Shown here in pieces: positions 12,482 to 21,111 of a stretch of DNA of 64,000 nt. Both the position numbers and the translations under genes were made by a program. The DNA is taken from assembly GCA_044892525.1 (NCBI GenBank), contig CM097885.1, positions 4,156,001-4,220,000 of the forward strand, in the 5' to 3' direction. Numbering within the stretch: position 1 is the first letter of the stretch; each line of letters starts with the position of its first letter. The DNA comes from Schmidtea polychroa. Its lineage: Eukaryota. The notes beneath the pieces are model-generated. The model was not told where the DNA came from, did not search any database, and was given only the letters and a program-made list of their open reading frames with translations.

Positions 12482-12490
12482 AACAACAAC
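12240..12490. repeat. (AAT)n microsatellite
   Basis: Imperfect AAT tract between the protease gene and the PolB promoter. Confidence 0.95.
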
Positions 12491-12511
12491 AAAGGATACA
12501 AAATACATTTA

Positions 12512-12924
12512 TTAATCATCAAATTTTTTATACAACAACCAAGCTAAACAATGTTGACCGCATGTTTGTGTCAAGGGATTTTGAAACATTGTTTTATTAT
12601 ATACAATAGGTTTCCCCATTGTTTGTAGTTTTGATACCAACAAAGCAGGGTAATAGAAACCCATAGGATCGAACACGAATATATTACTAGGTTTCACATA
12701 TATAGCAATCCAATGTTCTCCACCAAGATGAGACGATTGAGTATTGACGATTATGGCTTGATTATTGCTCAAATATGGGATTTTATCGAGAGGAAAAACT
12801 CCTACAAATTCATTTCCCAATATCTGTTTTTTCAATTCTATTGACCTGAACAGAACTACTTTAATAAATTAAACAGTATTGAAAAACTTACTCCATGACA
12901 ACTTTTTGGTGTTTCTGTATACAT
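12512..12924 (-). CDS. Adenain-like cysteine protease (N-terminus uncertain)
   Basis: FVGVFP, GEHWIA, FDPMG and QTCGQHC motifs in 12835-12512. ATG 12924 abuts the capsid stop and is followed by a GTAAGT donor at 12891, but the join needs a 1-nt frame correction. Confidence 0.9.
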
Positions 12925-14148
12925 TTATACTAGCACGGTTCTATTTGCAGTAATTTGAACTTCATTTTCAAATACTCCATATATTATAACATGTACTGGT
13001 TCAGTAATGGCCTTTGCAAACTTTATATCCAGTCGTAAATTCCCGTTTTGTGGTAATTGACTCTGATTTAAATCAAAATCAGGGGCTAAAACAAATGTGA
13101 AAAATGGATATTTGATTTTAAATTCTTCAAGAGTTATTCCGCAATTCAAATTTTTATCTAAATAACCCAGATTTCTAACAATACTCTGCATATATGTCGC
13201 ACAGTAATTATCATTCTCGAAATCTTGAGTATATGTTTCTCTATAATCAGTATTTTTCGATAAAGTCAATGAAGTAACACCAAAATTTTTGAAAATTGAG
13301 CTGGAAGCAGTATACGATCCATTATATTGCGTTTCACTTTGAAATGTTACCAGAATAAAATTAGGCATTCTTCTGTCACCAAATATTTGTTCTTTATAGA
13401 ATGATGAAGCACCTTTAGCAATAGCAAATTGTACAATTTCCTTTGTTTTTAAAGGATAAATTGCATGTTTTGAATTAAGCCCCAATTGATGACCAGCTAA
13501 TACTGACGGGTCTACTCGAACTCTTCTCACCAATAATTTTGCGTCAACTAATTGACATATTGGTGCACCAGTTGCACTAGTAAGAGACAATGCAGAATCA
13601 GATCTTTTCAGTCTAATATGTATATTAACTCCCGGTAGTAAATATTTCGGTTGATCCATAAAATCAAGTTGTAATGATGAGCACATAGTGAATACTTTTG
13701 AACCTTTAACCCACTTTTTTCTTTCATCATCTGCTGCTGCATAACCCATAGGTGTAAGACAGGTATTTTTAGTATCTGAATTGTAATTTAAAATAGTTTC
13801 TATCAAAGCCTTGTGAATGAATGTATTATTTCCACCCTCAATCTTGATATTATTAAATCCCAACACTGCATCTTTAAACAGAGTATGAAACATGAAATTG
13901 TTTGGTAATACATCCGCATTGGCATCCAAAACCTTTCTATCTTTATCTACAACCTTGATCTGAACAGTCAATAAAGTATCGTTCAAATCTAAATATTCAG
14001 TTTGCGAACCATTAATATAAAACTCGATATCATTTCTACTATCAGTAATTGAATTCATAGGAAAAACTTCCTCAAAGGCACCAAATTCTATTACTGCCTG
14101 GGGCGACGGTCTATCAAATATACATAATTCGGATTTACCACAAATCAT
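12925..14148 (-). CDS. Major capsid protein (double jelly-roll, PY/hexon-like)
   Basis: 407 aa; KSELCIF N-terminus, YLDLNDTLL, QPKYLLPGV and GNLRLDIKF motifs of Polinton major capsid proteins; position next to the protease. Confidence 0.92.
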   Translation of the reverse strand: MICGKSELCIFDRPSPQAVIEFGAFEEVFPMNSITDSRNDIEFYINGSQTEYLDLNDTLLTVQIKVVDKDRKVLDANADVLPNNFMFHTLFKDAVLGFNNIKIEGGNNTFIHKALIETILNYNSDTKNTCLTPMGYAAADDERKKWVKGSKVFTMCSSLQLDFMDQPKYLLPGVNIHIRLKRSDSALSLTSATGAPICQLVDAKLLVRRVRVDPSVLAGHQLGLNSKHAIYPLKTKEIVQFAIAKGASSFYKEQIFGDRRMPNFILVTFQSETQYNGSYTASSSIFKNFGVTSLTLSKNTDYRETYTQDFENDNYCATYMQSIVRNLGYLDKNLNCGITLEEFKIKYPFFTFVLAPDFDLNQSQLPQNGNLRLDIKFAKAITEPVHVIIYGVFENEVQITANRTVLV

Positions 14149-14506
14149 TTTGCAAATATAGTTCCATGTCCTTTCATTCGTTTGTTTATACGCGATATTC
14201 CATGCCCTTTACGTTTTGGAGCTGGGACTGGAGGTGTATTTTTTGAAACATACCAGCAACTCCAGGTAGAACCTTCCCTAACTCAGCTAAAGCATTTGTT
14301 TTTAGGGATGGTAATATTTTCTGTTCATTCATAATCACATCTTTTGCAGTTTTCATGCCAAAACTACCAATACGTTTAAGAATGGGAAGTGCAAATCTCC
14401 CTATTGTTTTTAACCAACCTGATCCATACTGTTTACCAATAAAATATGGTAATTCACCACCAGATTGGCTGTCACTATACATACTAATAATATCGGAATT
14501 AGCCAT
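14145..14506 (-). CDS. Small virion core/pVI-like protein, probable 1-nt frameshift near 14240
   Basis: QSGG..YFIG..QYGSG followed by an amphipathic basic helix. One extra A in the A6 run gives a basic tail (KRKGHGISRINKRMKGHGTIFAK*) whose TGA overlaps the capsid ATG. Confidence 0.75.
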
Positions 14507-15515
14507 CTACTTTACGAAAATGTAGTGTCAAATGAGTTTTTGAGTCTTTTGGGAAGTTTATAAGTTTTCCACTATCGTCACGAATATTTATTTCTATATT
14601 GTTTATACATGAGCTTGAAATTGGTAAATACATGGGATTATCTATATTTATATTGACAACTTCATCATGTTCATATTTTCCAATCCACACCGATTTCAAT
14701 AGAGGAACACTGGAATCACCAACTATTATAGGCTCAATAATATTAGTATATATGAACATTTGTTGATGATGTTCAAGTATTCTTGGTTTACGTATACCAG
14801 CCGATTTTTCCCGATATTGCTGCTTCTCTAATCCAAGTGTATTTGTCAAATTTTTATCAAATGTAACTTCGCAAATGTCATCATTCAAACTGAAGGTAAA
14901 TAACAAATCTTTCACAATATCCAAACTTTTAAATATGTGTGAACAATTATACTTTAAATATTTAAGTAACACATCAAGTTTATCAATATATAATTCGTCA
15001 GCGAAGGTGAATGATTCTTCAACTTCATTATTATACGACACTGAAATTTTGATTTCTTCTCTCATTACACTGTTTGCTTCAAATAGATCAAAGCGTAATA
15101 AATATTCTGTTTCCATAACTTCATTTTTCAACTTATTGCAACCCATTCGTCTGGCATCTTCAATATATTCGAATGTTATTGTAAATGGTTTAAAATTACA
15201 ACTGATATTTAATCCATCCTTGTAAAACATAGTGCAATGCTGATCTAATATTTGATTCGGAATATGATATGTTTTATCATAATTACTGATAATAAAGATA
15301 CCACTACATGTTTTCATAGCATTCCTTTTGAAATCAATCTTACATTGACTATAAAATGGGAATGTATTGTACACGAATGTAAAATCTTGCAGTGCAACTT
15401 CCCAGTCACCATTTAAAGAAATCGGATTCTGGAGATTGACCATGAATTTACTGGCTTGATTATCTGGATGAATAAGCGGGCAACTATTGCTTGGTAAAAT
15501 AGTATAAAAATTCAC
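14499..15515 (-). CDS. Minor capsid protein (single jelly-roll, PX/penton-like)
   Basis: FYTILPSNS, LNGDWEVAL, IVGDSSVPLL and LTLHFRK motifs. The expected start is GTG at 15515, overlapping the integrase TGA. Confidence 0.9.
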   Translation of the reverse strand: MNFYTILPSNSCPLIHPDNQASKFMVNLQNPISLNGDWEVALQDFTFVYNTFPFYSQCKIDFKRNAMKTCSGIFIISNYDKTYHIPNQILDQHCTMFYKDGLNISCNFKPFTITFEYIEDARRMGCNKLKNEVMETEYLLRFDLFEANSVMREEIKISVSYNNEVEESFTFADELYIDKLDVLLKYLKYNCSHIFKSLDIVKDLLFTFSLNDDICEVTFDKNLTNTLGLEKQQYREKSAGIRKPRILEHHQQMFIYTNIIEPIIVGDSSVPLLKSVWIGKYEHDEVVNINIDNPMYLPISSSCINNIEINIRDDSGKLINFPKDSKTHLTLHFRKVDG

Positions 15516-16557
15516 TTTACTAGATCCTTTTCTGATATCCATGATGGGATTTGATAACCATGCCATTTGACATAGTATTGTTTATCCTTGCCTTTATTTT
15601 TAGTTTTCAAAATCTTCTGAATTCTAAATACTTTTGGGGGAGGAATAACTTGTAATTTTCCTTGTACAATATTGTTATCATTGTCTTTGATGACATACAT
15701 TACAGGATTCTGTTTAGTATTTATTTTTGAAATTACAAAGACTTCATCACTCCAATTCGTATCAAAATTTTTAATAAATGGTGATGCACTAATTTTACTA
15801 AAATTTTACTAATTTTTACTAAAACTTTATATTTCGGTTTTGTAATTTTTTCAGGTTTTTTAGAATAGATTGTTTTTGACGTGATATCAATCGGCCTTAA
15901 TCCATTCAGTCCTTGATGTGATGAGTGATTATAACTGGTTATTATTTTTGGTAAAACCGATACCCATTTTTTATTACCTTGATGCACGAATAATTTCTTT
16001 AATCTATCTCTCAAAGTTCGGTTAAATCTTTCAACATGAGCAGCTTTGTATTGAGAATGTACTGAGTAATGGTTTATTTTCAATTTATTGAGGATTTGCT
16101 TGACTTTACTGTTGTAGAATTCTTTACCTAAAATAATAATAATAATAATAAAAATAATAATATTAATACCTAAATCAGTTTGCAAGTTTTTAGGATGTCC
16201 ATCTTTAAATAAATGATTAACAGCTTTGGACATTTCATCTGCAGATTTTGCCTTGACGGGTATTGCTCGGGCAAACCGACTGAATACATCAATACATGTT
16301 AAAATATATTTATACCCATTGTTAATTTTCGAATAGGGTATCATCTCCATCAAATCCATTTGCCATAAATCATTTATTCCATATGTTTTATATGCTCTTG
16401 TTGGGAATCGTTTCTGCATTGGTTTGTTCAAACTGTACGCATGCTGGTCTGATAACCACTTCTGAGTTTCCTTTTTCGAATTCGGAACTCTTTTCCTTAA
16501 TTTTGCCACTCCACCGAAACCGGCTTCGTCTTCTGGGTTCGTCCAAATCTTCTCCAT
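15512..16557 (-). pseudogene. Retroviral-like (rve) integrase with C-terminal chromodomain; 42-nt intron 16169-16128; frameshift near 15790-15825
   Basis: WQMDL, CIDVFSRF, QTDLG|KEF and VERFNRTL catalytic motifs. The C-terminus (NWSDEVF..YYVKWHGY..SWI) lies in another frame. Confidence 0.92.
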
Positions 16558-16615
16558 TACAACAAGAAGATTTAATATTAAATTTAATGTCTGGTAATGA
16601 AGGATTAGCACCCAT
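16388..16615 (-). CDS. Small overprinted ORF with N-myristoylation motif
   Basis: MGANPS (MGxxxS) then SSCC; ATG 4 nt after the upstream stop; overlaps the integrase in another frame. Confidence 0.5.
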   Translation of the reverse strand: MGANPSLPDIKFNIKSSCCNGEDLDEPRRRSRFRWSGKIKEKSSEFEKGNSEVVIRPACVQFEQTNAETIPNKSI

Positions 16616-16618
16616 TGT

Positions 16619-17107
16619 TTATGATCGACTTCCTATTATTCCACCTAATAATGATATTGCTAAAGGTATCAATGCACCGATAAATCCCCCTTGTTGTTTA
16701 TATATAATTTTTCTCATTTGTTGACGATTTTTATTATTTACTAATGATAGCAAAGGTTTCCTATGTTTACTCAATAATTGCTTTTTAGATTTACTGATTT
16801 TAATCTTGCCTTTGACTACTTTAAGTATAATATCGAGTAAATCATCGACAACATAATTTGGAAAAGATTGCAAAATACTGTTTCTTTTCATACTTGGTGC
16901 CTTTAACAATGTATTGAAAAACGGGAAACTCCGATGATTTTTAACAACTTTTACTTTCTTAGTGGTTTTACTTTTAGGTTTAGGATTTTTCGAAATAAGA
17001 TTCATTGCAGGAAAATTTTCTGTAATAAGTTCTTTAGATGGAGTATAACTAGTTGTTGGTGGAACTTTTGGTTGTTTTTTACCCGATATCCTTGTTTTTG
17101 AAAACAT
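16619..17107 (-). CDS. Basic core-like protein with adenain-type GG|F motif (adenovirus pX-like C-terminus)
   Basis: Lys-rich; ends QQGGFIGALIPLAISLLGGII. Confidence 0.8.
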   Translation of the reverse strand: MFSKTRISGKKQPKVPPTTSYTPSKELITENFPAMNLISKNPKPKSKTTKKVKVVKNHRSFPFFNTLLKAPSMKRNSILQSFPNYVVDDLLDIILKVVKGKIKISKSKKQLLSKHRKPLLSLVNNKNRQQMRKIIYKQQGGFIGALIPLAISLLGGIIGSRS

Positions 17108-17120
17108 GATTTATATGTTT

Positions 17121-17759
17121 TCAACTTTGTTTTGAACTTTGTTTATATACCATGGCACCTTTTGGGTTGAAAATATCTGTTTTTACGCGTATATCATCAG
17201 GGCATTGTTGTGTGAAATCGAGAAATATATACCCATGCGGTATTTTCGTGGCATCTTGAAATGCACTGATAAGAAAATTACGGTTATTAGGGTATGCTTG
17301 TCGTCCAAGAAAATCAATGACAGTTGCATCTCTAGGATTCTTGAAAATAACTAAATATTGTACATTTAAATTACGTGTTCGATGTGCACCACCTTGATGA
17401 AATAGATTTTGTGTTATGAAAATAACTGTTACACCAACATGTCTGCTGAGTTTTGTGAATAAATTATTAAAGTCCTTTTCTTTATTGGCTTCTTGATACA
17501 AATCATCGATAATGATGACATCATCTTTCTTCAAACGACTTGACCAGTTTTTATCAAAGCCCTTTACTATTTTCATGTTTTTCAACTGACAGAAACTTGA
17601 TTGCGTCAATCCGTGTTCTTCGTCGGCGCCCCTATGCCAATAAATATTGTTGAATTTTGTTTTAAACAAATTTGATTTTAGTAATTTACAAACAAATAAA
17701 GTTTTCCCGCTACCACTTGGACCAACGATTTGGTATACTGCATCATTTCGTAATTCCAT
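17121..17759 (-). CDS. A32/FtsK-like packaging ATPase
   Basis: GPSGSGKT, IIIDDL, SRH, ITQNLF and GYIFLD motifs. Confidence 0.95.
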   Translation of the reverse strand: MELRNDAVYQIVGPSGSGKTLFVCKLLKSNLFKTKFNNIYWHRGADEEHGLTQSSFCQLKNMKIVKGFDKNWSSRLKKDDVIIIDDLYQEANKEKDFNNLFTKLSRHVGVTVIFITQNLFHQGGAHRTRNLNVQYLVIFKNPRDATVIDFLGRQAYPNNRNFLISAFQDATKIPHGYIFLDFTQQCPDDIRVKTDIFNPKGAMVYKQSSKQS

Positions 17760-17863
17760 TTTTTAAATTTAAACTATATAATTATTGTTTATATTGATAA
17801 TTTAAATGAACTCTGTTTTTAAATACCTATATATATCAAAGTTTTTAAAATTATTTCATTAAA

Positions 17864-18328
17864 ATGCTTTCAAATATAAATTACAGGGCAAAAACTGATG
17901 TATCAAAAATGGTATTTCCAATAGGGAAACCACAACAACTTATCAACAGAAGTAATAAATATCCAATAATATATTTCAAAACTGGTAAATGTAGAATTAT
18001 GGGGTGTAAGGAAATAATCAAAGCTAGTGAATATAATGTTTATGATTTAGAAATACAATCGATAACCGTAACTTCCGATATAGGTTTTTCTTGTAATTTA
18101 AATAAATTAGCTAAATTAATACCATGCTTTTATGAACCAGAATTATTTCCAGCTTTGAGATATATAAAATATAACCCTATGTGTGTAAATATATTCGCTA
18201 GCGGTAAGATAGTAATTCTTGGAATAAAAAATATTGATTACAAATGTATAGTTGATAATATCATATCTGAAATTAAATCAATAATTGAAGGAAAAGAATT
18301 TTTAGATTTTTTATTATCACTTAATTAA
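17864..18328 (+). CDS. TATA-binding-protein-like protein
   Basis: Two TBP half-repeats: IIYFKTGKCRIMGCK aligns with ALIFSSGKMVCTGAK; IQSITVTSDIGFSCNL..YEPELFPAL..VNIFASGKIVILGIK aligns with IQNMVGSCDVKFPIRL..YEPELFPGL..LLIFVSGKVVLTGAK. Confidence 0.88.
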   Translation: MLSNINYRAKTDVSKMVFPIGKPQQLINRSNKYPIIYFKTGKCRIMGCKEIIKASEYNVYDLEIQSITVTSDIGFSCNLNKLAKLIPCFYEPELFPALRYIKYNPMCVNIFASGKIVILGIKNIDYKCIVDNIISEIKSIIEGKEFLDFLLSLN

Positions 18329-18369
18329 TTATTTATCATTCAATTAAAACAAAAACATACTGCAATCTG

Positions 18370-18403
18370 ATTGGATGATAAACAATAGTCATAGGTATAA
18401 AAA
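18370..18403 (+). promoter_or_regulatory. Inverted CCAAT plus TATAAAAA promoter of the 139-aa ORF
   Basis: ATTGG at 18370-18374, TATAAAAA at 18396-18403, ATG at 18437. Confidence 0.55.
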
Positions 18404-18436
18404 CCCTGTACCATTTCATTTTAATCATAATTCACA

Positions 18437-18856
18437 ATGACCAAGAAAATTTCAAGCACTGAAAAACCAAAAGTAGTTCCAGAACTTGTACAACCTGTTC
18501 AAATGTTCCACAACTACAAAATGTATTTTTTAAAAGAAGAAATCAATATGAAATTGGTGTCACCGATCAAGCTAATTCCTACCCAATTTCAATTCTTAAC
18601 CGGCACGCTTTCAATGTTAGATATTAAAACCATAGATGATGTTTTCAAAAGGTTGAATACAAATCTATCATGCAATCAAAATGCATTTTTCAACAACCGA
18701 TATGCAAAATTTTATGATTCCTTTGATGAAATCAGTTTCAAAGAAAACGAAAATTGGTATATAACAATTACAATCCAAGGATATAAAGTTGATAATAATG
18801 ATGTGTATTCTCCAATTTGGAAAATTATGTCTGCTAGACTTTCACAGTTATTTTAA
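18437..18856 (+). CDS. 139-aa protein, possible OB-fold SSB
   Basis: Clean ORF with an upstream TATA and AATAAA at ~18867; the function is inferred only from the C-terminal beta-strand pattern. Confidence 0.7.
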   Translation: MTKKISSTEKPKVVPELVQPVQMFHNYKMYFLKEEINMKLVSPIKLIPTQFQFLTGTLSMLDIKTIDDVFKRLNTNLSCNQNAFFNNRYAKFYDSFDEISFKENENWYITITIQGYKVDNNDVYSPIWKIMSARLSQLF

Positions 18857-18952
18857 TGTTGTATTTAATAAATGTATTTAGTCATATTTGTTTTCGCTTA
18901 TATTCTATATTTTCTATAAACAAATATATACTATAGTTTTAAAATACTAATA

Positions 18953-19311
18953 ATGACTACAGAAAAAGGTTAATATGATTAGTTAATTATCGAATTATTT
19001 AATATTTAGAATTTATAATAAACTTTTTATTGGAAAAATTAGCAGAAATATCTGGTGTGAAAATGGCGGATATATTATCTGTTACAAACGCATTAAATAT
19101 AGACTGGGTAGCAGAGAGTGAAGATTCGGAATTTGATGAAACAGATGAAGAAAACACTCAAGATGATGAGGAAAGCATTCAAGAAATTGATGAACCTATG
19201 GAGGAATTTACGGATACTGAACCGTGTGTATATAGGGATTGTATAGATCATGTTGTTGAAAATGTTATGAACTGTGGAGATGATGAATGTGAATGTGTTA
19301 ATAAATTTTAG
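18953..19311 (+). CDS. Acidic protein with Cys-rich C-terminus; exons 18953-18968 and 19010-19311
   Basis: ATG ACT ACA GAA AAA G|gt..41 nt..ag|AA joins in frame to FIINFLLEKLAEISG; TATAAA at ~18915. Confidence 0.75.
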
Positions 19312-19480
19312 TGTATATTTAAAGAATAATATTTAGAATTTAGAAAGTTTTGTCTTGAATATTTTTACCAGTAATTTTGTGAACAGTACCCTTGTGACTT
19401 GTTGAATGTGAGTAGTACCCTTGTGTGCAGTACCCATAGGGGGACAGAATATCTTGTCGGATAGATTAAGAGTATATATG

Positions 19481-19546
<66 letters not shown>

Positions 19547-21111
19547 CTTAGAAAATAATAATATGTAATCAACGATTTAAACAAAATTATATTATTACGT
19601 ATTCGATAATTAAAACAAAAATTATTAGTTCTAAAAATATTTGGCATCGTTCTAAAAATATTAGACATCGTTCTAAAAGTATGACGTAATCGTTCTAAAA
19701 ATATTAGGCACCATTCTAAAAATATTTGGCATCGTTCTAAAAATATTAGACATCGATTACGTAATAGTTCTAAAAATATTAGGCATCGTTCTAAAAATAT
19801 TAGACATCGTTCTAAAAGTATGACGTAATCGTTCTAAAAATATTAGGCACCATTCTAAAAATATTTGGCATCGTTCTAAAAATATTAGACATCGATTACG
19901 TAATAGTTCTAAAAATATTAGGCATCGTTCTAAAAATATTTGGCATCGTTCTAAAAATATGACGTAATCATTCTAAAAATATTAGGCATCGTTCTAAAAA
20001 TATTAGGCATCGTTCTAAAAATATGACGTAATCAATCTAAAAATATTAGGCATCGTTCTAAAAATATGATGAGTCATTGTCTTTGTTCTAAAAATGTGAT
20101 GAGTCATCGTATGATAAAAATCTATATCTCATTAGAAAGTTCTTGCACAGAGCTTTAAAATAAGCTATCGATCAATATAATATGTTGGCGGGAACATTTA
20201 TCTTTGGGATGAAAAAAAGTAGGAGCCCGCTGGGCCAATTAATAATATTTTGACAAATAATAATAATTTAACTTTGAAAAGATGGTGGTCATTAAATGTT
20301 AATAACATTAAAACTATTAAAGATATATATGATACCTATAGCTCATTCGAAAGGTCTTGGACTGAGCTTTAAGATGAGGTATCGGTCAATAAAATCTGTT
20401 GGTGGGAACATTAATTTTTGGGATGAAAAAAAGTAGGTCACCGCTGGACCAATTAATTTAAAAAAATTACGTAATAGTTCTAAAAATATTAGGCATCGTT
20501 CTAAAAATATTAGGCATCGTTCTAAAAATGTGACGTAATCATTCTAAAAATATTAGGCATCGTTCTAAAAATATTAGGCATCGTTGGATGAGTCATTGGG
20601 TGAATCATTCTCCTTGTTAATATTAATGATGTTGATACCTTCAATAGCTCATTCGAAAGGTCTTGGACCGAGCTTTAAGATGAGGTATCGTTCAATAAAT
20701 TCAGATGATGGAAACATTAATTTTTGGGATGAAAAAAAGTAGGTCACCGCTGGACCAATTAATAATATTTTGAATAATAATAATAATTTAACGTTGAAAA
20801 GATGGTGGTCATCAATTGTTAATAACATTAAAACTATTAAAGATATATAAGATACCTATAGCTCATTCGAAAGGTCTTGGACTGAGCTTTAAGATGGGGT
20901 ATCGTCCAATAAAATCTGTTGGCGGGAACATTAATTTTTGGGATGAAAAAAAGTAGGTCACCGCTGGACCAATTAATTTAAAAAAATTACGTAATAGTTC
21001 TAAAAATATTAGGCATCGTTCTAAAAAAAAAAAAAAATTTTTCAGACCGGGGGGGAGGGGGTATATGTGGCCTGGCGGTGACCTGGTCTGGCGGTGACCA
21101 ATCCTACTACT

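Larger units (their letters stand above)
3947..21111. mobile_element. Polinton/Maverick (adintovirus-like) element, rearranged and non-autonomous
   Basis: Termini AGTAGTAGGATTGG...CCAATCCTACTACT; 6-bp TSD TTTAGA at 3941-3946 and 21112-21117; encodes pPolB, rve integrase, A32/FtsK-like ATPase, adenain-like protease and major and minor capsid proteins. Confidence 0.97.
16733..21111. repeat. Right arm of ~4.38-kb inverted repeat
   Basis: Reverse complement of 3947-8316; includes the subterminal arrays at ~19630-21022. Confidence 0.97.

Noticed and set aside
15516..15566. ATG 15566 as minor capsid start and 16611 as integrase start (ORF track)
   Set aside because: Family-like sequence begins at FYTILPSNS (15515) and MEKIWT (16557); the extensions overlap neighbouring genes.
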